A stretch of DNA of 64,000 bases from an uncultured Hormoscilla sp. (GTDB taxonomy: Bacteria > Cyanobacteriota > Cyanobacteriia > Cyanobacteriales > Desertifilaceae), in NCBI GenBank assembly GCA_963921275.4, contig OZ001293.3:3968001-4032000 (forward strand), in the 5' to 3' direction. Below the pieces are notes generated by a model that had not been told where the DNA came from, did not search any database, and saw only the letters and a list, made by a program, of their open reading frames with translations. Each line of letters opens with the position of its first letter. Positions within the stretch are counted from its first letter, which is position 1. The position numbers and the translations under genes were made by a program. Shown piece after piece: positions 10,001 through 20,745 of the stretch.

Positions 10001-12860
10001 TTGACGCTAATAGTCAAGGCTTCTGAGTAACTAAGCCCACCAGCATCAGTAGTCTGGACGCGGATGCTGTAACTGGACTGGGTCTCAAAGTCAGAGGAAC
10101 TGTTAATTTGCAGTGAGTTCCCTTCTATGGTGAAGGCGTCGTTATTATCGTCACCGTCGCCTGTGACTAACTGGTAGGTAAAGGGATCGGAAGAGTCAGG
10201 ATCGGTAGTTGAGAAAGTCCCTACGACTGCATTATCAGGGGAGTTAGAATCAATGCTATTCTTGCTAAGGACTATGGAGGTCGGAGGTTCGGGAATATCG
10301 TTGACGCTAATAGTCAAGGCTTCTGAGTAACTAAGCCCACCAGCATCAGTAGTCTGGACGCGGATGCTGTAACTGGACTGGGTTTCAAAGTCAGGGGAAC
10401 TGTTAATTTGCAGTGAGTTCCCTTCTATGGTGAAGGCGTCGTTATTATTGTCACCGTCGCCTGTGACTAACTGGTAGGTAAAGGGATCGGAAAAGTCAGG
10501 ATCGGTAGTTGAGAAAGTCCCTACGACTGCATTATCAGGGGAGTTAGAATCAATGCTGCTGTTGCTGAGTTCTAGATCGGTAGGAGAAGTGTTGACATTA
10601 ATAGTAAAAGCCTCCGAGTAACTAAGCCCACCAGCATCAGTAGTCTGGACGCGGATGCTGTAACTGGACTGGGTCTCAAAGTCAGGGGAACTGTTAATTT
10701 GCAGTGAGTTCCCTTCTATGGTGAAGGCGGTGAAGGCGTCGTTATTATCGTCACCAGCGCCTCCGACTAACTGGTAGGTAAAGGTATCTCCATTATCTTC
10801 GTCGGTAGTTGAGAAAGTCCCTACGACTGCATTATCAGGAGAGTTTTCATCAATGCTGCTGTTGCTAAGGACTAGGTCGTTAGGAGACTCGTTGACATTG
10901 TTGACATTAATAGTAAAAGCCTACGAGTAACTAAGCCCACCAGCATCAGTAGTCTGGACGCGGATGCTGTAACTGGACTGGGTCTCAAAGTCCAAAGAAC
11001 TGTTAATTTGCAGTGAGTTCCCTTCTATGGTGAAGGCGTCGTTATTATCGTCACCAGCGCCTCCGACTAACTGGTAGGTAAAGGTATCTCCATTATTTTG
11101 GTCGGTATTTGAGAAAGTCGCTACGACTGCATTATCAGGGGAGTTTTCATCAATGCTGCTGTTGCTGAGTTCTAGATCGGTAGGAGGGGAGTTCTCTATA
11201 ACAATGTCAAAGGTATCTGTCCCTCGATTTCTCGCTCCGTCGATGGCGGTTACCGTCACGGTAAAGGTGTCTGCGGTAGTAGGGGTACCGCTGATAACTC
11301 CCCGACTGTTGATCGTTACGCCCCCTGGTAAACCGGTAGCTGTGTAATTGTCGATGTTGTTATTGATGTCGCCGAAATTTGCGCTAATGTCTATGTTGAG
11401 GTTATTACCTAGCAAGAGTTGGACGTCGGGAATCTCGGTTAAAACATAAGGGGGGTTTTCCAATCGCTTGAAGGCACTCAAATCTAGAACCTCTTGGGGG
11501 ATGCTGCCAGTCAGTTGGTTCTCTTCCAGAAAGAGAGATAGCAAATTGGAAAGATTCCCTAACTCCGTCGGGATGCTGCCAGTCAGTTGGTTGGAGAACA
11601 GCTGGAGATCCTCCAAATTGGAAAGATTCCCTAACTCCGTCGGGATGCTGCCAGTCAGTTGGTTGGAGTGCAGCAAGAGACGAATCAAATTGGAAAGATT
11701 CCCTAACTCCGTCGGGATGCTGCCAGTCAGTTGGTTGGAGTACAGCAAGAGATCATCCAAATTAAAAAGATTCTCTAACTCCGTCGGGATGCTGCCAGTC
11801 AGTTGGTTGGAGAACAGCTGGAGATCATCCAAATTGGAAAGATTCCCTAACTCCGTCGGGATGCTGCCAGTCAGTTGGTTGGAGTACAGCAAGAGATCAT
11901 CCAAATTGGAAAGATTCTCTAACTCCGTCGGGATGCTGCCAGTCAGTTGGTTGGAGTACAGCAAGAGATCATCCAAATTGGAAAGATTCCCTAACTCCGT
12001 CGGGATGCTGCCAGTCAGTTGGTTGGAGAACAGCTGGAGATCCTCCAAATTGGAAAGATTCCCTAACTCCGTCGGGATGCTGCCAGTCAGTTGGTTGGAA
12101 AACAGCTGGAGAAACTTCAAATTGGAAAAATTCCCTAACTCCGTCGGGATGCTGCCAGTCAGTTGGTTGGAGAACAGCAAGAGCCTAGTCACCCGGGAGT
12201 TAGCTACCGTCACTCCATGCCAACCATTAACAACAGAAGCATCGGGGAGAGTTGGGCTGTTGAAATTCCAGTCCCGCCAGCCTGTATTGTTCGTCCAAGA
12301 AGCCCCATTGGTGCTTTGATAGAGAGCCCTTAAGGCCTGATACTCCTGCTGGGGGATCAATATGCCCCCATAGGCCATCTGAGCTTCTGCGGACAATGCT
12401 AAGGGAGTTTTCATCCCCGGAGTTCGCCACTCCAACTTCCAATTTCCGCCCCGGGCTGCTGCCCCTGTCCGGGTAGTAGAGCCGGCGAGGGATGCCCCGG
12501 TTAGGGCCTGTAGCTTAGTCATCAACTTTTCTCCTGCATCTCCGGCGGCGACGTTACAGCCGTAGAGTAGGAGTTGTTTTACCTTCCACTTCTGCAGGGT
12601 AGAGGCGTAATCTCCTAGAGGATCTAAACTCAGTTGAGAGTTTCCCAGATACAGACAGCCAGGGCTGCCGTGGGAGAGTAGGTGCAGAACCTCTGTTTCT
12701 TTATGCTGTCGGAGAAGTTCGCTGATCTGTTCGATGCCATCGGACCGAAGGTCTAAGAGGAAAGATTTGGCCCCAGGCCGGATGCCGTCTATAAGCTGCT
12801 GGTAGTTTTCTAGGGAGGCATCCACTACTACGATGGTGTTGGTAAAAGATTTATGCTTCA
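7005..12860 (-). pseudogene. Large secreted adhesin-like protein: DUF4347 + 10 plant-type LRRs + Ig-like (He_PIG) + about a dozen cadherin repeats + RTX-type tail; disrupted
   Basis: LHLLSHGSPG/YGCNVAAG (DUF4347), LTGSIPTELGNLSNL repeats, DFETQSSYSIRVQTTD repeats, GGEGSDTLHGG. In-frame TAG at 10921-10923 (GAG in sister repeats). A 22-bp duplication at 8332-8375 shifts the frame. The start codon could be as far up as 12978. Confidence 0.88.
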
Positions 12861-13010
12861 TTTTTTGGTTGCTGAATTGATTTTGAGGTGCTGGTGTAAT
12901 ACTAGCCCGACTATCGTCATATTTCTGACTTACGCCGGAACGAGTCGCAGTCGCACCGAAGTCTATCATATTTAACAAATCTTAACAAATATGGATTACC
13001 TACTTAGACT

Positions 13011-13457
13011 TTACGGATCTTTAGGTTTTTTTCGTCTCTGATACATAAAATTATTTTTTATGCTATACCGAGAGTTGGTCATTCTGACAATCCCGTTAAA
13101 GACAAACAGGGCACCATAGAGGTGATCCTTTCCCGAGCCACCAATGAGGGTGTTCCCTAACTCCGTCGGGATGCTGCCAGTCAGTTGGTTGCCGTCCAGC
13201 CGGAGAGACTCCAAATTGGTCAGGTCATTGAAATTGACTGTACCGCTTCTGACAAAGAACAGCCGGTATTGGTCGTTGCCATCAATGGTGTTGTCGTTCC
13301 CATTTATCGTGAGTTGGACGTCTTCTTCAATAAGGGGTAGCAACCCGGTCAGGGTAATATCTCCTGTGATGTTAATGGTATCTGCCTGACCGTTATTCGC
13401 GGAATTGGTAATGGCATCGGATAGTTCTGCTGGTGTATCTACGTTAAATGTAGCCAT
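13011..13457 (-). pseudogene. Mosaic remnant of a paralogous secreted protein
   Basis: N-terminal beta-solenoid-like segment, one LRR unit with DNA matching the downstream gene's LRRs, an RTX nonapeptide fragment, then GALFVFNG. Confidence 0.6.
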
Positions 13458-13584
13458 AATATCTTCTGTAAGGGATAGATTTTTTAAAGGTTGGTCTTCT
13501 TTATTTAGGATACACGGCTTGGTGGAAAGTTAGGGGTTGGGGGTGAAGACTTTGAATAAATCGATTCTGATCCAGAAGAGCGCT

Positions 13585-14272
13585 ATTAAACTAAGCCAGC
13601 GGGTCGCCCCGCCGACTCGTCTTCAAAACCGGACGTGACACTTTCGCTTCATCCGGCTCCTCAGTTTCGCCATCCTTGTCATGGATACGGCCTTTGACGA
13701 GACCGTGAGGGCGTCAGCTTATCCTATCCATTACAGACAGGCGTTTGCTTCTCCACTCAATCTCCCCCTGTTGCGTCCTGCCTTCCGGAGAGCAGATGTT
13801 ACGCCTGTGGTGGCTACTCCATCTATCGACCGGTGATGGAGAGTACTGCAACCGGGTTATTTCGTTCCTACAGATGATTGTTAGTAACTTTAGATAGATT
13901 CTATACGCCGGGTTTATTGTCAGTGCTTATTGGTCGGCAAAACAACCGTTAACGACTATTATCCTTTCCCTTTTGGGCCAGTGTGTAAGCCTTATTACAC
14001 TGGTTTTTAGTTACGACGCTTACGAATCTTCGCTTTCGCTCATCATGGTTACTTGCTCGACGATAACCGGTCTAGGCTTCCAGTTAGTGCGCCTTTCATT
14101 CCCGCTTTACGGATTGATGCCATCTCTACCGTAGGCAATGTGCTGTCACTTCTGCACCTGAAGGGGTGAACTTTCATCACCATCATCTGTAAGTTCTCAG
14201 GGCAAATGGAACCCTGGTAGCGGTACTCTTTTTTTACCCGTTTCAAGTCAGTTTACGCTAAACAAATCGCAC
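13585..14272 (-). mobile_element. ORF-less group II intron, same family as 4071-6990
   Basis: GTGCGATTTG at 14272; domains V/VI end ...TTAGTTTAAT at 13585. Colinear with 6400-6990 and 4071-4185, with the ORF cleanly missing. Confidence 0.92.
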
Positions 14273-14420
14273 ATTCTGACCTATAATAAGTCTATTCCGA
14301 CCTATTATAGCGCTATTCCGACCGAAATAAGTATATTCTGACCGAGAATATACCTATTCTGACCTCTTATAGCTCATTCTGACCTATAAGAGCGCTATTC
14401 TGACCTATTATAGAGCTATA
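14273..14420. repeat. ~21-bp degenerate tandem array (consensus ATTCTGACCTATTATAGCGCT)
   Basis: Seven units here plus one more (ATTCTGATCCAGAAGAGCGCT, 13564-13584) on the other side of the intron. Confidence 0.85.
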
Positions 14421-14814
14421 ATAGCCAAAAATCAGCAGATTCTTGGCGCGAATAGGTCAATTCTCTCTCATATTAAGCTTACTTTTGCCAAAAATAAGTC
14501 AATTTCACATATTTGAGCAAGATTACTCAATATTTCTAACCTCTCGTGGCCTAAAGTGCTCTCGGTCACCGTGACCGTTCCGTCAAAGACAAACAGGGCA
14601 CCGCCCATGCCTACCCCGCCGCTGCCCCCTTAGATCCCGTCGATCCGATAGCGCTGGCCGATCGTCTTTCTTTCCTGGTGTAGCAGTTCCATGCTCTCTT
14701 TTAAGACTATAATTGATTCTATGCAATTTTTTCGATCGTTGTCTCCGATTTTAATATTTCTTAACATTACCACCGAATGCAGCTAGCTTACCAATAACCT
14801 CTGACCTTTCACAT

Positions 14815-16092
14815 ATGAAAATCATTGCCTATTCCTACTGCGACCCTCTGTTAGAACCGCCCCTGGACCCTGGGGTTTGGGGTTGGGAGGTCGATCGGGT
14901 CTATAGAGATGCGGGCGGGCGTCAACAGTTGCAACAAATGTTGAGTGACTGTCGGACGACACCCGCGACTTATCTGTTAATTCGACGCTGGGAAGAATTG
15001 GGGGACTTGGTGGAGGAAGTAAATTCACATCTAGAGGAACTAGAATCTCTCGGCATTAATATTATTACCACAGAGTCAGAAGTTAACCGCAAAGATGTTC
15101 TGCAACTGCTACGGGAAATACAATATTACCAGCGCAGTCGCCGCATTCGTCAAGGACATGCCCGCAACCGCCTGCAAGGTAAACCGCCACCGGGTAAAGT
15201 ACCCTACGGATACAAGCGGGGTAAAAATAGCTATGCGATCGATCGGGCGGCGGCGCCAGTAGTGAAGGATTTTTTTGCACAATTTCTGCTGTATGGTTCT
15301 TTGCGGGGTGCGGTGCGCTATTTGGAGAAGAGATATGGCAAGAAGATATCGGTTTCTACAGGACGGCGGTGGCTGACTAACCCCGTGTATCGGGGGGATA
15401 CGGCTTTCCGAGATGGTGAGATTATCTCGGATACCCATGTAGCAATTATTTTACGAGAAGAGGCGGCCCAGGTAGACAGAATCTTGCGTCGCAACCGCCT
15501 CCTGCCACCTCGGACTGCTAGTGTACCCCGTTCTTTGGCGGGTTTGGTGGTCTGCGGGACGTGCCATTCCCAGATGACGGTTACGAGAGTCGCGCAGTAT
15601 CGAAAAAAACAGGAATATCTCTATTTGTGTCCCCTTAACTGTCTTAAACAGCCTCAGTGCAAATACCTGCATTATGAGTTAGTATTGCAAGAGACTATTG
15701 CGGCGATTTGTCGGGATTTACAAGGGGCGATCGGAGGTTTACAAATGCTGGATATGTCCCAAGTTAAGTCAGAAATTAAAGGGGCGATCGGGCGTCAAGA
15801 AGAGATCCTCAAGCAGTTGCCAAATCTGATCGAAAATGGCATATTAGATGCAGAAACAGCGGCGATCCGGGCTTACAAACTCCGCACGGAAATTGCGGAA
15901 CTGCAAGGGCGGATGGCGGAGTTACCGCCAGTAAATTTGCGATCGGTGGCGGAGGCAGTTTCCATCCCGCAATTTTGGTTAGACTTGTCGGAGTCAGAGA
16001 GGAGATTTTACTTTCGGGAATTCCTGCGTCAGATTGAAATTGTCAGAAAAGAATTAAATATCTGGGAGGTACGGCTGATTTTTATTTTTTAG
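14815..16092 (+). CDS. Large serine recombinase-like protein (resolvase-like N-terminus, Recombinase domain, zinc ribbon)
   Basis: PYGYK, WLTNPVYRG, HVAIILREE, LAGLVVCGTC, coiled coil, ERRFYFREF...IEI. Confidence 0.8.
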   Translation: MKIIAYSYCDPLLEPPLDPGVWGWEVDRVYRDAGGRQQLQQMLSDCRTTPATYLLIRRWEELGDLVEEVNSHLEELESLGINIITTESEVNRKDVLQLLREIQYYQRSRRIRQGHARNRLQGKPPPGKVPYGYKRGKNSYAIDRAAAPVVKDFFAQFLLYGSLRGAVRYLEKRYGKKISVSTGRRWLTNPVYRGDTAFRDGEIISDTHVAIILREEAAQVDRILRRNRLLPPRTASVPRSLAGLVVCGTCHSQMTVTRVAQYRKKQEYLYLCPLNCLKQPQCKYLHYELVLQETIAAICRDLQGAIGGLQMLDMSQVKSEIKGAIGRQEEILKQLPNLIENGILDAETAAIRAYKLRTEIAELQGRMAELPPVNLRSVAEAVSIPQFWLDLSESERRFYFREFLRQIEIVRKELNIWEVRLIFIF

Positions 16093-16127
16093 ATAATCGG
16101 GCGATCGGGGATCTCGATCTGCTTAAA

Positions 16128-16310
16128 TTAAGAAACCGGGTTTTTTGGAAAAAACCGGTTTCTAGCATACGTGCGATCGCCCCCCGAAGCGAAGATTAAG
16201 AAACCGGGTTTCTGCAATAATTTGGGATACTGGCGACAGATAAAGAAACCCGGTTTCTGGCCTACGCGCGATCGCCATCGTTCGGGACCAGAAAAAAAAC
16301 AGGGTTTCAG
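16128..16310. repeat. Cluster of AAGAAACCGGGTTTCT-type palindromic repeats
   Basis: Several AGAAACC(C/G)GGTTT(C/T)T copies; related copies near 33228-33293 and 47460-47492. Confidence 0.75.
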
Positions 16311-16764
16311 GAGATCATTTTGGCGAAGAAACCAGATTTGGTAGATGCGGTAATCATCCCAATTCGTCATGAAAGTCAACGGTAATCAAGGTCTTCAGTG
16401 TAATATAAACTGGCAAAGAAATATTGTAACAATTCCCGAACTCTGTCTTTGAATTACCCCGATCGCTACTTGGCTGATATAGTGATTACCGAGTGCGCTG
16501 TCATAATTAGTCAGAACGCACAGTTTAGTAATAACATCCATAGGTGGCGGAATTTTATCTGATTCTTCTTCATCAAAGCCGCCATTGGAGATTTCCTTCT
16601 GACTGACTGACACATCTCGGTGGGAAGTAGTCATGAAGAGCAATAGAAAGACTGAATGCGAGAGAAAGTAAACTGAGCAAAGAAGTCTTCACGAGCTTTA
16701 GCAGAAGCAAAACAAGGAGCAGGGTCATGATAGAGCAAGTGATCTAGAGACAAAAGTAGAAGAG

Positions 16765-17019
16765 TTGTTTGCACAACGCCTGGATCAACAAGGTAAGAGT
16801 TTCGACCTTGCTTTATCACTCATAAAAGTAAGCGCCTTGATGACTTTTGTCGGTGTCGTACTCTTGCTTTCGGGTAAGGTTTCCGAAGGTTCAGCTATAA
16901 CTGCTGGAGGACTCACTGGTAATGTTTTCAGCGCGAGATTCCTCAAGTTTACTGAGAATGCCAACGATCGCCTCGATCGACTGCTGGACGAACAATTGCT
17001 GAATGGCATTAACCGCTAG
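16765..17019 (+). CDS. Small 2-TM protein resembling the cyanobacterial TRADD-N-associated membrane domain; probably 5'-truncated
   Basis: RLxQ..SFDLAL...TM-GKVSEGSAITAGGL-TM...ANDRLDRL pattern. Confidence 0.55.
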   Translation: MFAQRLDQQGKSFDLALSLIKVSALMTFVGVVLLLSGKVSEGSAITAGGLTGNVFSARFLKFTENANDRLDRLLDEQLLNGINR

Positions 17020-17259
17020 AACTCCCCATTGTCCCCAAACAGGGTAATACTTTTCTCCCCCCTCGTTCCCTGGCAGAGCCAGGGAACACCAGGCATGCTA
17101 TTATAGCATATAGTTCGTTAGCGGTCACGGCCCTGTCGGGAGACAGGGAAATTCTTGTTTGACTACCCGATCGCCCTTTGCCTCGGTAAAATAAAGTATA
17201 GTATAGGACATGGCAATAACCTGTCCCATGTGCTATGCTCCATACCCAGTATCCTATAG

Positions 17260-18930
17260 TTGTCTATGTATAGTGAAATTTTCCACCAAGAAGCCGATCG
17301 ACTAACTTGGTCTCGTCCCATAAACAAGCGCACTGACAGATTAATTCTGTTAGCTTTGCTACTAGCAGCCCTACTTTTATTTACCATTAATCTGGGTGAA
17401 TTGCCCTTACGGGATTGGGATGAAGGCACAGTTGCCCAAGTTGCTCGCAACATCAGCAGAGAACCTTTTGCCTCTAGTGGCTGGCTTTATCCCACCCTAG
17501 CCGATAAACCCTATCTGAATAAACTCCCCTTAGTCCATTGGTTAATTGCCTGCGCCTACCTTCTCGGTGGCGTGAATGAATGGACCTCTCGGTTGCCATC
17601 GGCATTGTTGAGTGCATTGACAGTACCACTCCTCTACTGTATAGGTCTAGAAATTTTTCCCAAACGGACGCCAGCAATTTTCTCCAGCTTAATTTTCCTC
17701 ACTTTGTTGCCAGTGGTCCGGCACGGACGACTGGCAATGCTAGATGGTCCAGTCCTCTGCTTTTTCTTGTTGACTATCCTATGTACCTTGAGGGCGCGCC
17801 GCGACTTGCGCTATGGACTGGGTGTGGGCATTGCCTTGGGGCTGATTTGCCTGACTAAGAGTATTTTAGGATTATTACTCGGCGCGATCGCCCTGCTGTT
17901 CCTCTTCTCGGATACTCCGCGACTGCTCAGTTCCGTATATCTTTGGAGTGGTATTTTTCTCGGCCTGCTGCCCGTTACCCTCTGGTATATCGGCCTTGAT
18001 TTACAAGATAATGGCCACAATTTTATTCAGACCAGCATTGTCGAACAATCCTTCAGTCGCATTTGGCAACCCGTAGAGAATCACCCTGGACCTGTTTGGT
18101 ACTATTTGCTAGAAATACTTAAATATGCATGGCCGTGGCCGATCTTCTTTCCTCGGGCTTACCGCCTCGCTTGGTCCCATCGGAATATGAGCTGGGCCAA
18201 ATTGGTATTAATCTGGAGTAGCGTTTATCTGATTACTATTTCCGTGATGGCAACCAAACTCCTCTGGTATATCTTGCCCCTTTACCCAGCTTTAGCTCTT
18301 GCCAGCGGTGCTATGCTCACAGAAATCTGGCACGATCTTCCCCTATGGCACCAAGTCCCTAGGAAAATAGGTTCAACTGCAACCATGCAACCCCTGTTGA
18401 TTGCCAGTTTGATCCTGCTAGCATTGGTAGGTTGGGCTGGTTTTATTTATTTTGGCGGATTCCAAACCCCTGCTGACTGGAACTTAGCTATAATTATGGC
18501 CGCAACTGCCTTAACAATGACCGCTGCTGCCGTCAAGGTCGCACAAGCTTCCCGACAATTTTTGGTAATACTGTTCTGGGGTAGCTATGTTGGACTGCTG
18601 CTATTTTTCCTCTCCGGTCACTGGATCTGGGAACTGGCCGAAGCCTATCCGGTTAAACCCGTGGCTGAGATGATCCAGAAAGAGACGCCTCCGGGTCAGA
18701 AAATTTTCACTAACTATAACTATGGGCGTCCCTCCTTGGATTTTTATAGCTCCCGCCAGGTCATCCCCCTGGAACCCAAGCAACTCCAGGATCGCTGGGA
18801 TGATGAAAACTCCCAACCCTATTTACTGATCGATGGAGACGCCCAAAAGCCCCCGCAGCTCAAAGGCGTCAAAGTTCTCGACACTGCTGGCACTCGTTGG
18901 CAATTAATTACCCGGGATGCCCAGGAGTGA
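17260..18930 (+). CDS. ArnT/PMT family (GT39/GT83) glycosyltransferase
   Basis: LRDWDEG...YLNKLPL...EWTSRLPSAL, many TMs, HPGPVWYYL. Confidence 0.88.
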   Translation: MSMYSEIFHQEADRLTWSRPINKRTDRLILLALLLAALLLFTINLGELPLRDWDEGTVAQVARNISREPFASSGWLYPTLADKPYLNKLPLVHWLIACAYLLGGVNEWTSRLPSALLSALTVPLLYCIGLEIFPKRTPAIFSSLIFLTLLPVVRHGRLAMLDGPVLCFFLLTILCTLRARRDLRYGLGVGIALGLICLTKSILGLLLGAIALLFLFSDTPRLLSSVYLWSGIFLGLLPVTLWYIGLDLQDNGHNFIQTSIVEQSFSRIWQPVENHPGPVWYYLLEILKYAWPWPIFFPRAYRLAWSHRNMSWAKLVLIWSSVYLITISVMATKLLWYILPLYPALALASGAMLTEIWHDLPLWHQVPRKIGSTATMQPLLIASLILLALVGWAGFIYFGGFQTPADWNLAIIMAATALTMTAAAVKVAQASRQFLVILFWGSYVGLLLFFLSGHWIWELAEAYPVKPVAEMIQKETPPGQKIFTNYNYGRPSLDFYSSRQVIPLEPKQLQDRWDDENSQPYLLIDGDAQKPPQLKGVKVLDTAGTRWQLITRDAQE

Positions 18931-19326
18931 GTTTATTCTTTAATTGACTCGTGAGTCTTCGGAACTCCTTCGAGCAGTCTGGGCACGGGATTTTCTGCCA
19001 CCCGAAAGACTGTTACCAGGGTAAAGCTCAACAACACCACGCTAGGGACAACATCCAACCGTTGTATTCTGGTTCTGCTCCTTCGATGCACTCTGCGTGC
19101 TCGATGTCCCACCGTTCCGGAAAAATCGGGAGCGCTATTCGCACTACCCGAGGGACATCGTATTCGCACTGCGCGGAGCACATTAATCGCACATCGATGA
19201 TTCAAAGCATCTAGTAGCGACCTTGTCCTCTATACCTATAGTAGGGATCACCCACCCCGGCGCGAGCTAGCTAGGGGGTGGGGGCTAGGCAACATTTCCC
19301 ATAGGGGGACAACTAGCCTGCACTGT

Positions 19327-19758
19327 TCAGGATGCAGATGGTACTGCTTCTGGCTCTTCACCTTCTATTTCATCGTCTGCTTCCTCAATAAGTTGCTTCA
19401 GATGAATGTGCTTGCGACCCAGGGTGATTTCAAACTCATCTCCTGGTTCCAGGCTCATCTTCTTCGTGTAGGACGATCCAATCAGCAAGTTACCGTTAGA
19501 CTGGACGCTGATTCGGTAGCTAGCACTGCGTCCTCCCCGTCCATGATCACCGTCTTTGTCGCCGTCTAACTTAATCCCCTCCGCATCGATCAGAGCGTTG
19601 AGGAACTTCATCATGTTCACCCGCTCTATACCATTTTTGGTCACGGTGTAGTAGCCGCAGATTCGGGCTTTCTCTTCCCTAGTCTTGTTTCCTAGCTCTT
19701 TAACTTTCTTGAGTAGCACTTCGCCTGTTAGAGCTTTGTCTTGTTTTGTTTGACTCAT
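19327..19758 (-). CDS. Cyanobacterial AbrB-like transcriptional regulator (cyAbrB)
   Basis: GRGGRSASYRISVQSNGNLLIGSSYTK...PGDEFEITLGRKHIHL. Confidence 0.92.
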   Translation of the reverse strand: MSQTKQDKALTGEVLLKKVKELGNKTREEKARICGYYTVTKNGIERVNMMKFLNALIDAEGIKLDGDKDGDHGRGGRSASYRISVQSNGNLLIGSSYTKKMSLEPGDEFEITLGRKHIHLKQLIEEADDEIEGEEPEAVPSAS

Positions 19759-20040
19759 CAGCTTATCTCTTGAACAACTTCGACATCGATACTATATTAA
19801 TCTTAGCTGAGTGGGTGGCGAGCAATTACACCCTCCATCAGGATATGTCAGCTAATAAAGATATCTTACACCAACTTTTCACCATGTCTACAATTTTTTT
19901 TTGCGATCTCCATCAAGTTCCTCTCCCCCGACAGCAAGAGGCACAGTTAGGGAGTGCCAGACCGCCCAGCCCATGGTCGCCCTGGCAGTCTGGCTGGGGG
20001 TTAGGTTGCCCCTTGTTTAATACAATAGGAGTTGATAGCC

Positions 20041-20484
20041 ATGTTGCTAACCACCAGAGGACATTACAGCGTTAAGGCATTGCTGGATCTGACTCTGCAA
20101 CCAGGGGGAGGTCCAGCAACGGTTAGATCGATCGCCCTTCGGCAAAACTTACCAGCCCCCTATCTAGAGAAGCTGCTGATGGAAATGCGCCGTGCGGGTT
20201 TAGTTGTCTCTGTGCGGGGGGCCAGAGGAGGCTATCGCTTGGCCCGATCGCCTAAGACAATTTCTTTAGGACAGATACTTGTTGCAGTTGGAGAAACCAT
20301 TGAACCAGTGCCCAAGCTTCCCGACGATGCCCAGAGAGCTTCTGACTGGGTAACTTTGACATTGTGGAACCGGTTACACCACAAGCTGAAAAAAGCTCTA
20401 GACAGTATATCCTTGGAAGACCTCTACTTCGATGCCCGCAGTTGGCAAGCGAACCAAGGAGAACAAACCAGTTTTATTGTTTAG
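20041..20484 (+). CDS. Rrf2 family transcriptional regulator
   Basis: LTTRGHYSVKALLDL...YLEKLL...SVRGARGGYRLA. Confidence 0.92.
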   Translation: MLLTTRGHYSVKALLDLTLQPGGGPATVRSIALRQNLPAPYLEKLLMEMRRAGLVVSVRGARGGYRLARSPKTISLGQILVAVGETIEPVPKLPDDAQRASDWVTLTLWNRLHHKLKKALDSISLEDLYFDARSWQANQGEQTSFIV

Positions 20485-20745
20485 TTGTCAGTTGTTGCTT
20501 GTCAGTTGTTGCTTGCGTAGGGCGGGCGACACGAGAGCCAGTCAGTTGTCAGCACCATCTCCTATAACAGGTAATTAGCTATTTAAGTAAAAATACTTAT
20601 AAAAATATCTGGACATGCTCCCTATAGTATCCTGAAGACAATCCCCTGGGAAACCTTTCTCTCATATTCTTGAGGCTAAGATATAGTATTGTCTCATAGC
20701 CTCAAGGGATAAGACAGACCAACTGATGGCTCTGGGAGGTTCTGC

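Noticed and set aside
11468..12319. 283-aa plus-strand ORF
   Set aside because: Antisense shadow of the LRR repeats
14273..14420. CRISPR array (also considered for 34652-34780, 63846-63995 and 26956-27135)
   Set aside because: The units are contiguous with no unique spacers, and no cas genes are present
18933..19214. Overlapping ~90-aa ORFs on both strands
   Set aside because: No motif, RBS or family resemblance supports either
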